Notes: a model not told the origin generated them from the letters alone. A stretch of 64,000 nt of DNA from Patescibacteria group bacterium (GCA_023229665.1 JALNYW010000002.1:92988-156987); one strand, 5' to 3'; positions 46,301 to 55,382 are shown, numbered from the stretch's first letter. Made by a program: numbers and translations.

Positions 46301-47184
46301 CCGACCGACATGCGGTCGCGCAGCTCGCCGCCAACGCCAGTCTCCGCGCCCGGGAAGGGCGCGATCATGCTCGGGTGGTTGTGCGTCTCCGCCTTGTTGG
46401 TCGGATGCACGACGTGCCGCTGCCGGAGGAAGCCGCTGGGCTGTCCGGGGCGGCTCGGGACGAACAGCTCGACCTCGCGCCCGCGGATCGCGGACGCGTC
46501 ATCCGCGAAGGCGAGCACCGAGTTGCCCGGGTGCTGCTTCCACGGAAGCTTGATGAGGTCGAAGGGGGAGTGCGGCATCTTCACGCCGTCGATGGCGTGC
46601 ACACCGCCGAAGCGGTGGTGTCGCGAGTGCTCCGAGTTCGCCTGCGCGATCTGGAAGAGCTCGACGTCGGTCGGGTCCCGCTTTTCCACCTCTCGGTAGA
46701 GCCGCAGCAGGAAGGTGAGATCGCTTTCGTCGAACCCGCAGCCAAACCTGCCGCTGAAGCGGACCAGGTTTTCGTAGCCGAACTCGCCGAGCACATCCAC
46801 CGAGAACGAAGCCTCGGGGACGAGCGCGAGCCTCAGGCTCTCCGGCGGCAACGCATAGACCATGTGGGTCATGCGGTCGAAGGCAAAAGGCTCGAGCGTC
46901 CGGATGGAGCGCTCGAGTCGCGTCACCTTGTCGAGCCCGCAGGCGCGGCAGATGTCCACGGCCGTCGAGGAATCGGCCGTCTCGAAGTTGAGACGGGGTC
47001 CGACCTCGAACACATGGCCCTTGAGGAACGATGTACGGCCGTAGCCGTGCGGCTCGAAGGTCTCCGAGAGGAGCCAGTCGAGCGTCGCCTCTTCGTCGGC
47101 GGTGAGCCCTTCGCTCACCTCGATGTAGAAGCCGTATTCGCGCTCCGCATCCGAATCAATCAAGCGGTATCGGTTCAGCAGCAT
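43396..47184 (-). CDS. purL: phosphoribosylformylglycinamidine synthase, single-chain large type
   Basis: 1262 aa with the FGAM synthetase N-terminal, AIR-synthase-like and C-terminal glutaminase (GICNGCQLL) domains. ~70% GC on a hand-counted sample. Confidence 0.93.
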   Translation of the reverse strand: MLLNRYRLIDSDAEREYGFYIEVSEGLTADEEATLDWLLSETFEPHGYGRTSFLKGHVFEVGPRLNFETADSSTAVDICRACGLDKVTRLERSIRTLEPFAFDRMTHMVYALPPESLRLALVPEASFSVDVLGEFGYENLVRFSGRFGCGFDESDLTFLLRLYREVEKRDPTDVELFQIAQANSEHSRHHRFGGVHAIDGVKMPHSPFDLIKLPWKQHPGNSVLAFADDASAIRGREVELFVPSRPGQPSGFLRQRHVVHPTNKAETHNHPSMIAPFPGAETGVGGELRDRMSVGRGGQVGMSAAGYFVGALKIPGYALPCERDAVPHPSYAASPLDILIQASNGVSAYGNCFGDPVTGGVCRSFAAAAPDGRHYAWHKPIVYVGGAGRLRDQHLHKQAPEAGMLIVQLGGPGYRIGVGGGAASSILGGANDVDLDFKSVQRGAPQMEQRMYRVIRACVELGDKNPFVSTHDLGAGGLSNAVPELVHPAGGRVQLREIPCGDASLSILELWGNEAQEREVVLVQGDRFGQLEAICAREGCPVTAIGSVTGDGRITLEDADDTKSVDLPLEDILGSLPKKSYADTRQRFETKSLELPADLTVRQALERVLRLVSVGSKGFLVHKVDRSVGGLVAQQQCVGPSQLPLADFAILADGYFDASGAVHALGEQPIAGLLSPGVAARLAMTEAILNMAGACIETENGLDGIKASANWMLAAKKPGRNAWLYDACEALSTFCVQLGCALDGGKDSLSMAAGDVESPPTVIIKAYASMPDVARKATPDLKREGSSLLHISLNPNVYRLGGSALAQTYGQFGDDPPDAANADLLKRVFGALQDLVRDGHALAMHDVSDGGLIATLLEMAFAGHQGIEVELFSPTDAITTLFSQEPGVVVEVADAEAAQWYFTRRGIGANWIGKVIGFQPDIIVKHNGFTVLHDSLIDLRAIWSETSYQLERLQINPECADEEREAVRELLDPPAYRLTYHPQRTAPDLLAREGKPKVAVIRAEGSNGDREMAVAFHLAGFEPWDVTMSDLLEGTVGLDEFRGVVFVGGFSFADVFDSAKGWAGVIRFNPKLRGELERFRARPDTFSLGICNGCQLLALLGWVPGFDLPSEHQPRFVHNRSGRFESRFSTLRIEDSPALMLKGMLGSVLGCWVAHGEGRLHVPSRDVLENIVSHELVVASYANPETGMPTDEYPFNPNGSALNAAGLCSPDGRHLALMPHPERLVLPWQWPWMPDAWREYATSPWLRMFQNARIWCEEHPSR

Positions 47185-47282
47185 GGCACGGTCCTTTCAT
47201 GGCTTTCAGCCACAGAAATTCGGTTGTCGAAAGGGCCCCAAAAGGGCTGGCGGCAACTTACGTGATACCCTAGAGGACGTCT

Positions 47283-49808
47283 ATGCCCCCGCGTGATCAG
47301 CTTCCAAACCCGACGGAATTAGCTCCCGTGCATGAAGCCACGGGCCGTCGCTTGCGCCCTTCGAACGCGAACGAAGAAGTCTTGCGCATGCGTGCCATCG
47401 CGATGCGTGAAAAAGCCGAAGCGCTACAAACAAGTCCCGAAGAGGACCCGGCCCGTCGCCAGGCGGAGATGGATTTTGAAGAGGCGAACCTGGATTTGGA
47501 GATCTTCGACATGACGCATGACCCGACCGGCGCTTTAAAGCGTGAGGCGATCGGCGGAGACCTCGCGGAACAATTAACCGAGCGCATGGCGTCGGAGACG
47601 GAGCCGCAAGCCGTGGTTTCGCCCGAGAACATCACGCCGGTCTTTTTGGTGAACATGGGCGAGCTCGACCGCCTGAACAAAGTCAGTCCGGATTTCGGGA
47701 ACGAGGCGTTGACGCGTTTGGCGGATGTCTTGTCGCGCAAGCTCGAAACCGCCCTTGGTCCGATCGCGGGGGAGAATCCCGAGTCCTTTTATAAGATTTA
47801 CCGCGCGGACAATAACAGTTTCATGGTGCGCTTCGTGCGCGAAGTGCCGAAAGAAGTCGCCGAAGCGTTGCGCGAGCATCTTTCCATGCCGGCCGGAGCA
47901 CGTTGGGAAGAGCCGGTTGCCGACGGAGAAAAAGAAACGGATTTATTTGAAGGGAAAGTCGAGGCGCCGCCGGTCATCGCGGACTACGTTTCGGTCGAAG
48001 AAGTGTTGTCCGGTTTGCCGCCTTCGCTGCGCACCTCGGGGAAAGCCGAGACCTATGCTGTCGGCGCTTTGAAAGACGTGCTCTTTAGTTTGCAGGACGC
48101 GCGCAAAATCGTGAGCCGCGTGGACCGCATGCGCGAAGCCATGGCCAAAGACCCGGTCAAAGCCCAGGATTTGTATGACAAGTTTTTGAAGAAATCCATC
48201 GCTGGAACGTTTTCTCTGGAAGTCGGGCCGGAGGCCATCCAAGTCCCGGTCGAAACCTATGAACAGTTTACGGACTACGTAAAAACGCTTGATGCCGATC
48301 CGGCGCATGCCCAAGGTACGCTTTGGGAAACGGCCTTTGGGAAAGTGTTGGCGGATTTGCGCGTGCGTTATGAAAAAGACGGCAAATACGCCAAACAGCT
48401 TCAGGGCTTCGTGGCCGACAAGGTGAAGGCAGAGCACGGATTAAGCGTGTATGAGCGACGCTCCTCGGCTCCGCCGGGCGCTGAGTTGCCGGCCGACAAG
48501 CCGGTGACGGAATTCGTCGCACCGAAGCGCGAAGACGCGACCGAGGGGTTGCGCATCATTACGGCCCTTGAAGCGGAGGCGCAGCAGCCGCGGGAGAATC
48601 CGCAGGAGCAGCGCATCGCGGAAAAAAAGTTGGCCCGCGAACGCGCCATGCGCGATTACGCCACCGGCCTCGAATTGCGTGGACAGATGTTTAAAAAACT
48701 TGAAGGCGCCATGGAGGACCCATCCAAGCGTATCGCTTCGGTGTCCATGGACATGGGATTCCTTAAATATTTTGATCAAGTCGGCGGGCGTGAAACGGGC
48801 GACCTCGCGATTTTGAAGGTCGCGGAAGTGTTCCAAAAAGTGAAAGACGCTTTCAGCAAGGAGGGGATCGACGTCAGCGTGCACCGCTTGGGCGGCGACG
48901 AATTCGGTATGAGCGTGATCGGCGAGTCCGCGATTTCACCGGAGGATTTCCGGACCAAGCTTCGGGAGCTGCAAGCTGCGCTCTATCGTGAAATCGAACG
49001 CGCCGGACGCATCCCACCCTCGACCGGAGCCAAGCCGGGCTACTTCGCGAGCAAACTGAATATCGGCATCGGCGTACATGTCTATGAAGATGGGAAAGCC
49101 GCCGAAGCGGAAGACGCGCTCTATGGCCTGACGGAAAAGGCGCCTGAAGGGCTCGTGGAGGGGTTGCCGGGGTATGACGCGTGGAAACGCAACCAGCGAG
49201 CCGACCACATGGTGAAGGTGGCGGATAAGGTGATGGAGTTCCAGAAAGCTTCCAACCGTTTGATGCTTTTGGTGGAAAAAATGAAGGGCATCCAGGATTT
49301 GAAAGCGAAAAATGGGGCTGCGGAAGATATTCGTCGCGAAGAAGAACATCTCAAACAGTTGCTCGCGTTTTCCGACAAGGCCATCTTCGGACAAAAAGGC
49401 CGTGAGCGCCTAGGAGTCGTGGCCGCTGCGGAAAAAACGGAAGAAGGCGAAGAAGAAACGAGCGGCGTCCATCAGAAATCCTGGATGGAACAGCTCGCGG
49501 CCGGCGCGACGCCCGAAGAATTGGACGGCCAGATCAATGAATTCGTTTGGGACATGATGGACAAGGCCTTCCAGCAGGAAGTGAAGGAGCATGAAGCGCT
49601 TGAAAACCACGTGGGCTATGCGGTACGCATCGAATACCTGAGCGGACGCATCCGCGAACTCGAAGCCCGTCTCAAAGAAGGGGGCGATACCTCGGAAAAA
49701 CTGAAAGAAAAGTACGCCCACGAACAGCAAAAGCTTCAGCAAAAGCTCAAAGCCGCCGAAGAAGACCTGGAAGGCGTTCGTGCCGCGCGCGCGGCTATTT
49801 CCGGCTAG
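47283..49808 (+). CDS. large cytoplasmic protein with a degenerate plus an intact GGDEF domain and coiled-coil tail (841 aa)
   Basis: Domain 1 VFLVNMGELDRLNK...IYRADNNSFMVRF (GGDEF replaced). Domain 2 SMDMGFLKYFDQVGGRETGD...VHRLGGDEFGMSV. No TM segment. Confidence 0.72.
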   Translation: MPPRDQLPNPTELAPVHEATGRRLRPSNANEEVLRMRAIAMREKAEALQTSPEEDPARRQAEMDFEEANLDLEIFDMTHDPTGALKREAIGGDLAEQLTERMASETEPQAVVSPENITPVFLVNMGELDRLNKVSPDFGNEALTRLADVLSRKLETALGPIAGENPESFYKIYRADNNSFMVRFVREVPKEVAEALREHLSMPAGARWEEPVADGEKETDLFEGKVEAPPVIADYVSVEEVLSGLPPSLRTSGKAETYAVGALKDVLFSLQDARKIVSRVDRMREAMAKDPVKAQDLYDKFLKKSIAGTFSLEVGPEAIQVPVETYEQFTDYVKTLDADPAHAQGTLWETAFGKVLADLRVRYEKDGKYAKQLQGFVADKVKAEHGLSVYERRSSAPPGAELPADKPVTEFVAPKREDATEGLRIITALEAEAQQPRENPQEQRIAEKKLARERAMRDYATGLELRGQMFKKLEGAMEDPSKRIASVSMDMGFLKYFDQVGGRETGDLAILKVAEVFQKVKDAFSKEGIDVSVHRLGGDEFGMSVIGESAISPEDFRTKLRELQAALYREIERAGRIPPSTGAKPGYFASKLNIGIGVHVYEDGKAAEAEDALYGLTEKAPEGLVEGLPGYDAWKRNQRADHMVKVADKVMEFQKASNRLMLLVEKMKGIQDLKAKNGAAEDIRREEEHLKQLLAFSDKAIFGQKGRERLGVVAAAEKTEEGEEETSGVHQKSWMEQLAAGATPEELDGQINEFVWDMMDKAFQQEVKEHEALENHVGYAVRIEYLSGRIRELEARLKEGGDTSEKLKEKYAHEQQKLQQKLKAAEEDLEGVRAARAAISG

Positions 49809-49850
49809 GAATCGGGGAGGGGATGTGTTACTATCCACTCATCCGTCCTT

Positions 49851-51140
49851 ATGAATCCGGTCCGATCCCGCCGTCCCGGCGCCGTGCATATCAGCGCCCC
49901 CTCGTTCCCCGTCGGCGTACGCCCTTCGGTCTATCGCCGTATCGCCTATACGTTCATCGGCCTCACGGTCATCGTGATTCTGGGTGTGCTTTGGCTGACA
50001 TCGGTCCGCGCGGAAGTCGTGGTCAAGTTGAAGCGTGATGCGGTGCGCCTCGACGGCGTCGTGGAAGTGGCGAAGGAGCCTCGCGACGGCCAGATTCCCG
50101 GCCGCGTCGTCCAGGACGCCTACACCAAGACGCGTGAATTTCAGGTTGCGAAGGATGCTCCCGCGCCCGCTCCGACCCCGACTCCAGCGCCTGCCCCAAC
50201 ATCTGAACCGGAAGAATCCAATGATGTGACGGCGCGCGGCACGGTTAAAATCATCAACAACTACTCCAAGGCGCAGACATTGGTAAAAACCACGCGTTTG
50301 CTCACGCCGGACGGCAAGCTCTATCGCATTGATGCGACGGTGAATGTCCCGGCCAAGAGCGAGCTCACCGTTCCCGCCTATTCGGACAAGCCGGGCCGCG
50401 AATATGTGCTGACCAGTCCGACTAAATTCACGATCCCCGGTCTTTTCGTTGATTTGCAGCAATTTATTTTTGCGGAAACTGTCGGCGCTTTCACGGCCGT
50501 CCCGCGCGGGAGCACGCCTTCCACGGCTCCGGCCGCCAGTACCCCGCGCCCGGTCGCGACCTCACCCAATGCCCGCCCGGTTTCGTATGAAGATTTGGAG
50601 AACGCCAAAAAATCGCTGACGGATGAAATTCTCAATGAGGCGATGAAGGCTTTGGCCGACCAAGTGGAGAATAAAGAGAGTATGGAAGTCGTGTATGTCG
50701 TGAAGGTGGCGGATGAAAGCAAGAATGCGAATGTCGGACAGGTCACGGATTCGTTCTTGTACTCCATCAAATTGGATGTGACGGCCGTGTATTATTCAAA
50801 GGAGGATATGCAGGCTCTGGTGCGCTCACGTTTGCGTGAGCGCGTGCCGGCCGGCCGCGAATTCCTGCCGTTTACCGGCGGCGCCGTGACCTATGCGCTG
50901 GAGTCAGCCAATCCCCAAACCGAAGTCGCGGCCATGCGCGTCACCGCCGACGCCGATTACCGCCTGAGCCCCACGAGCCCGCTCCTCCAGAAGTCCGTGA
51001 TCGCGGGAAAATCCATCGAAGAAGCGAAGGGGTTGCTCATGTCCATCGAAGGCGTGGAAAGCGTGGAAGTCACCGTCCGCCCGTCCTGGCTCGGATCGCT
51101 CCCGGCCCTCAAGGACCGCATCAAGCTGGACATTCAGTAA
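49851..51140 (+). CDS. membrane-anchored hypothetical protein (429 aa)
   Basis: N-terminal anchor IAYTFIGLTVIVILGVLWL, Pro/Ala/Thr linkers, no recognised domain. Confidence 0.68.
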   Translation: MNPVRSRRPGAVHISAPSFPVGVRPSVYRRIAYTFIGLTVIVILGVLWLTSVRAEVVVKLKRDAVRLDGVVEVAKEPRDGQIPGRVVQDAYTKTREFQVAKDAPAPAPTPTPAPAPTSEPEESNDVTARGTVKIINNYSKAQTLVKTTRLLTPDGKLYRIDATVNVPAKSELTVPAYSDKPGREYVLTSPTKFTIPGLFVDLQQFIFAETVGAFTAVPRGSTPSTAPAASTPRPVATSPNARPVSYEDLENAKKSLTDEILNEAMKALADQVENKESMEVVYVVKVADESKNANVGQVTDSFLYSIKLDVTAVYYSKEDMQALVRSRLRERVPAGREFLPFTGGAVTYALESANPQTEVAAMRVTADADYRLSPTSPLLQKSVIAGKSIEEAKGLLMSIEGVESVEVTVRPSWLGSLPALKDRIKLDIQ

Positions 51141-51298
51141 GCGTTTTGTCATCCTAAGCTCATCTCCGGCCTCACCACCCGGCGCCGACAATTGCAGAAA
51201 ATGAGTGTCCCGACCGCGTACGGCGTCGGGGAACTCGGGTGGAACCCTCCGACCGTCGGAGCCCGAGCGAAACACACGTTGTTTCGCTTTTTGTTTAT
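51141..51298 (+). promoter_or_regulatory. T-box-like leader of thrS (antiterminator with UGGAACC bulge plus terminator)
   Basis: GGGTGGAACC at 51237-51246. Helix A1 CTCGGG (51234-39) / CCCGAG (51262-67). 7-nt bulge TGGAACC. Helix A2 CTCCG/CGGAG. Terminator AGCGAAACAcacgtTGTTTCGCT + TTTT (51266-51292). Upstream hairpin loop carries ACC ACC (51174-51179). Confidence 0.45.
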
Positions 51299-53110
51299 AT
51301 GGATAACCCCTTTGCTATGCCCCAACCCATTGAAACCCGCCGCCATAGCGCGGCCCACGTTATGGCCGCCGCCGTAAAGCGCCTTTTTCCCGAGGCGAAG
51401 CTTGGCGTAGGTCCGGTCATTGAAAACGGCTTCTATTACGACATCGATATCAGCCGTCCGGTGACGAACGACGACGTGAAAGCCATCACGAAAGAGATGC
51501 GCAAGATTTTGAAAGAGAATCCGGCCTTTACGCGCATGGATATTTCTTTGGACGAAGCGATCAAGCTGTTCCAGGACCTGGGCCAAACCTACAAAGTCGA
51601 GCTTTTGAACGATCTGAAAACCAAAGGCACGACCAAGGTCAGCGCTGAAGAAGCGCAAGACGTGGACCCGCAAAATGTCGGCATGGTTTCGATCTATCGC
51701 ACCGGCGAATTCACGGATTTGTGCCGCGGCCCGCACGTCACCGAGGCGAAGGAAATTGGCGACGGCTGGAAGCTCACCAAGATCGCCGGCGTCTATTGGC
51801 GCGGCAAAGATACGAACCCGCAAATGCAGCGCATTTATGGTTTGTGCTTTGATACGGCCGCCGAATTGGAAGCGTATGAAGTGATGATGGCCGAGGCCGA
51901 GAAACGCGACCACCGAAAGCTCGGGAAAGAACTCGGTCTCTTCGTTTTTTCGGAGTTGGTCGGTCCCGGCTTGCCGCTGTGGACCCCGCGCGGCACCACG
52001 GTCCGTGAGCTTCTGAACGATTTCGTCTGGCAATTGCGCAAGCCCTATGGCTATGAGCGCGTCACCATCCCGCACATCACGAAAAAGGATTTGTATGAAA
52101 CGTCCGGGCACTGGGCGAAGTATGCCGAGGACTTGTTCAAGATCAAGACGCGCGAAGACCACTTGTACGCGATGAAGCCGATGAACTGCCCGCACCACAC
52201 GCAGATCTACGCGAGCGAGCAGCGTTCCTACCGTCAGCTCCCGATCCGCTACGCGGAAACCACCATGGTGTACCGCGACGAGCAGTCCGGCGAATTGTCC
52301 GGTTTGTCGCGCGTGCTTTCCATCACGCAGGATGATGCCCACGTCTTTTGCCGCGTCTCGCAGGTGCGTGATGAGGCCGAAAAAGTCTGGGACATCATCC
52401 AGCGTTTCTACAATGCGTTCGGGTTTACGCTCACGCCCCGTTTCTCGCGTCGCGACATGGCGAAACCGGAAAAATACCAGGGGAGCGCGGAGGACTGGGA
52501 CAAAGCCGAAGCTTCGTTAAAGGGCATGCTGGAAGAGAAGAAAATCAATTGGGTTGATGGTCCGGGCGAGGCCGCCTTTTACGGCCCGAAGATCGACTTC
52601 ATGGCCAAGGATTCCATCGGGCGCACCTGGCAGGTCGCGACCATTCAGCTCGATTTTACCCAACCGAAGAATCTCGACGTGTTCTGCATCAATGAAGCTG
52701 GGGAGCGTGAGCAGGTCGTGATGATCCACTGCGCCATCATGGGTTCCATCGAGCGCTTCATGAGCGTGCTCATCGAACACTATGCGGGCGCATTCCCACT
52801 GTGGCTGTCTCCCGTCCAGGTCATGATTCTGCCGGTTGCCGATCGCCACAATGACTTCGCCTTCGCTTTGGCAAAAGAGCTGAAAGAGCGCGGCCTGCGC
52901 GTTGAAGTGGACGATTCGACCGAATCCGTCGGTAAGAAAATCCGCAATGCGGAAAAAGGCAAAGCGCCGCGCATGCTCGTCGTCGGCGACAAGGAAATGG
53001 AAGGCGGTCCGCTCACCGTGCGCGTGCGCGGCGAGGCGGATCAAAAGAGCCTCCCGAAGGAGGCCTTCATTGCCGAGTGTTTAAAGATGGTGGAAGAGAA
53101 AGCAACCTAA
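51299..53110 (+). CDS. thrS: threonyl-tRNA synthetase (no N-terminal TGS domain)
   Basis: Begins in the editing domain (HSAAHVMAAAVKRLFPEAKLGVGPVIENGFYYD). Class II motifs (YRDEQSGELSGLSRV) and an anticodon-binding domain. 603 aa from ATG 51299. Confidence 0.92.
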   Translation: MDNPFAMPQPIETRRHSAAHVMAAAVKRLFPEAKLGVGPVIENGFYYDIDISRPVTNDDVKAITKEMRKILKENPAFTRMDISLDEAIKLFQDLGQTYKVELLNDLKTKGTTKVSAEEAQDVDPQNVGMVSIYRTGEFTDLCRGPHVTEAKEIGDGWKLTKIAGVYWRGKDTNPQMQRIYGLCFDTAAELEAYEVMMAEAEKRDHRKLGKELGLFVFSELVGPGLPLWTPRGTTVRELLNDFVWQLRKPYGYERVTIPHITKKDLYETSGHWAKYAEDLFKIKTREDHLYAMKPMNCPHHTQIYASEQRSYRQLPIRYAETTMVYRDEQSGELSGLSRVLSITQDDAHVFCRVSQVRDEAEKVWDIIQRFYNAFGFTLTPRFSRRDMAKPEKYQGSAEDWDKAEASLKGMLEEKKINWVDGPGEAAFYGPKIDFMAKDSIGRTWQVATIQLDFTQPKNLDVFCINEAGEREQVVMIHCAIMGSIERFMSVLIEHYAGAFPLWLSPVQVMILPVADRHNDFAFALAKELKERGLRVEVDDSTESVGKKIRNAEKGKAPRMLVVGDKEMEGGPLTVRVRGEADQKSLPKEAFIAECLKMVEEKAT

Positions 53111-53871
53111 GCCCATCGACTCACCAGCAAAATCGCGATAAAAAACACGGTCGCTCCGGCGCTCTCGATCATGGCGAGACGCCGGGGCGGTTTTGGTTCA
53201 TACGAGTAACGGCGGGCGCGCAAAGGCCAGGCGAAAGCGAGGGCGGCGAGGCTTCCGGTTACTTCAAGGCCGACCGGCAACACCACGGCCAGGAAGCCGA
53301 CATGCAATCCAAGCACGGCGCCAAAAATGATCCAACGGATTGAAGCGGCACGCCCCACGGTTGGGTGTTCGGTGATGCGCGCGACCGCCGCGCCAAGCGC
53401 GGTGAAGCAGAGCACGGTTGCCCAATCCGGCCAGCGGATGAAAATTTGCATGCCGACCAAACCCACGGCGATGCAGTACGCCGACAAGGGCACGAGGGCG
53501 AGATTTAAACGGGACAATCCGTTCACCGGATAGCGCGACGGTTGATGCGCAAGGAGATATAAAAGTTCGAGCGAGTAAAGCGGAACGACGGTCATCAAAA
53601 TAGTGAGGAGAAGGCGCTCTTCGATGCGTTCGGCCATCAGGCTCGCAAGCACCAACGAGGCGAATGCAAAGCCGGGCATCAGCATTTTTGCCGCCAGGTC
53701 CTTGGGACCCAATTTTTTCCAACCGAGTACCACGCTCGCGGCGACATAAGCGCCGAGTACGGCCATGAGAACCCACGGATAATCCGTCGGATGCGTCCAC
53801 GTCCACTGCGAAGCCAGCAAAGCCGCGACTCCGACGAGCCAGGGCGAGAAGCGGGTGAGCAGGAAGCGCAT
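53107..53871 (-). CDS. polytopic membrane protein (254 aa, ~8 TM)
   Basis: Continuous hydrophobic segments, no recognised family. Converges on the thrS stop with a 4-nt overlap. Confidence 0.62.
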   Translation of the reverse strand: MRFLLTRFSPWLVGVAALLASQWTWTHPTDYPWVLMAVLGAYVAASVVLGWKKLGPKDLAAKMLMPGFAFASLVLASLMAERIEERLLLTILMTVVPLYSLELLYLLAHQPSRYPVNGLSRLNLALVPLSAYCIAVGLVGMQIFIRWPDWATVLCFTALGAAVARITEHPTVGRAASIRWIIFGAVLGLHVGFLAVVLPVGLEVTGSLAALAFAWPLRARRYSYEPKPPRRLAMIESAGATVFFIAILLVSRWA

Positions 53872-53875
53872 GAGG

Positions 53876-54910
53876 TTATGTCGTGGAACTTACCGACCTG
53901 AACTTACCATATTCGCTGAGCGCCACCGAGACCGCGGTCGCGACCGGAATCGAGAAAATGGCCCCGGCGACGCCAAAGAGTTTGGCGCCAATCAAGAATG
54001 CGGCGATGGAAACGACCGGATGGAGGCCGACGGCGCGCTGCATGACTTTTGGCGTGATGACGTGGCTTTGGATTTGTTGGAAAATCAGCACGAAGATCAA
54101 AACGATCAGCGCTTTCCATGGTGACACCGTGAGCGCGACGAACACCGCGGCCGCGCCGGCCGTTACCGGACCAAGATAGGGGACGAATTCGCTCACCGCC
54201 GCGACCAGGGCGAGGAGGAGCGCATACGGGACACCGAGAACGGAATAGATAAGGAAGGACGTGACGCCGACCGACGCGGAAAGCGTGAGTTGCCCGCGCG
54301 CCCAGGCGCCCAATTTTTCCACGACCGCCCAGGCGACGTGGGAAACGAAGTCACGATAGCGGGCCGGCACGATTTGATGGAAGGCGTTTTTGATGGCCTT
54401 GTCTTCGATGACCAAATAGAAAGAGAGAACGAGAACAACGACCACCGCGCCGACCGTGCCGAGGACGTCGTTCAACGAGGTCACAAGGTTGATCGCGGTT
54501 TCTTGCAAACGCTCGGCGACCGTCGCGAGCGTCGGCGTGGTCCCGCTGCCGAGGCCAACGCGCTCCGTGAGATCGCGCAATTCATTCGCGCCGTCGCGCA
54601 GCCAGCCGAAGGCCCCGCCAAAATTGCTCGAAGCAAGACGCGCTTGGTCAATCAGGGCCGGAATCAAGAAGCTGATGATGACCGCGATGAGGGCGAACAG
54701 GGCAAGATAGATCAGTCCGACGGCGAGCGCCTTAGGAACTTTGTGCCGCGCGGCCCATTCGGCAAACGGATAGAGGATGCCCGCCAAAAACGCCGCGGAA
54801 AACAGGAGGAGTAAAATATCCTTGATCAACCAGGCGATAAAGATGCCGACCACGATGACAACGGTTTTGACGATGGTCTCCGTGGAGATCGAAATGATGC
54901 GGGGTTCCAT
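53876..54910 (-). CDS. AI-2E family transporter (UPF0118/PerM-like)
   Basis: 344 aa. Typical TM layout and the conserved C-terminal segment FVPYLGPV...HPVVSI. Confidence 0.85.
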   Translation of the reverse strand: MEPRIISISTETIVKTVVIVVGIFIAWLIKDILLLLFSAAFLAGILYPFAEWAARHKVPKALAVGLIYLALFALIAVIISFLIPALIDQARLASSNFGGAFGWLRDGANELRDLTERVGLGSGTTPTLATVAERLQETAINLVTSLNDVLGTVGAVVVVLVLSFYLVIEDKAIKNAFHQIVPARYRDFVSHVAWAVVEKLGAWARGQLTLSASVGVTSFLIYSVLGVPYALLLALVAAVSEFVPYLGPVTAGAAAVFVALTVSPWKALIVLIFVLIFQQIQSHVITPKVMQRAVGLHPVVSIAAFLIGAKLFGVAGAIFSIPVATAVSVALSEYGKFRSVSSTT

Positions 54911-54941
54911 GTCTGCACGGTAATATGGTTGAATACCACCC

Positions 54942-55382
54942 GTGAAGCCCTATGCCGAAAACCGCAAAGCGCGGTTCGAATACGAAATCCTCGAGACCTA
55001 CGAGGGCGGCTTAGTGTTGTCCGGGGCCGAGGTAAAGGCCATCCGGGAGGGGGGAGCTAAGCTCGAAGGCTCCCATATAAAGGTGTTTGGGGGTCGTTTG
55101 GCCCTGATTGGGGCTCATATTCGCGCATATTCGAAGATCGCGACCCGGGAGGGTTATGATCCGGACCGTACCCGGACCATCCTGGTCTCCAAGAAAGAAT
55201 TGCGTCTGTTAACAGATAAAACGCTGCAAAAAGGCTTGACACTTGTGCCCTTATCGTTCTATCCTGTCGCCCGACGCATCAAAGTGTCTTTTGCGCTCTG
55301 CCGTGGGAAAAAAGCCCATGACAAGAGGGCATCGCTGAAGAAGCGGGACGTTGAGCGGTCCATTCGTCGGTTCGACGAATAA
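54942..55382 (+). CDS. smpB: SsrA-binding protein
   Basis: ENRKARFEYEILETYEGGLVLSGAEVKAIR. GTG start. tmRNA gene begins 3 nt after the stop. Confidence 0.92.
   Translation: MKPYAENRKARFEYEILETYEGGLVLSGAEVKAIREGGAKLEGSHIKVFGGRLALIGAHIRAYSKIATREGYDPDRTRTILVSKKELRLLTDKTLQKGLTLVPLSFYPVARRIKVSFALCRGKKAHDKRASLKKRDVERSIRRFDE

Noticed and set aside
44134-47265. 1043-aa plus-strand ORF antisense to purL, plus several 100-200-aa ORFs in other frames
   Set aside because: Shadow ORFs of a 70% GC gene. PurL motifs are on the minus strand.
47185-47282. Purine or ZTP riboswitch upstream of purL (also checked at 1118-1235 upstream of purB)
   Set aside because: Neither leader contains the conserved purine-riboswitch junction sequences or the ZTP GGGUCGUG...CCGCCUGGGC pattern. 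Both leaders are short.
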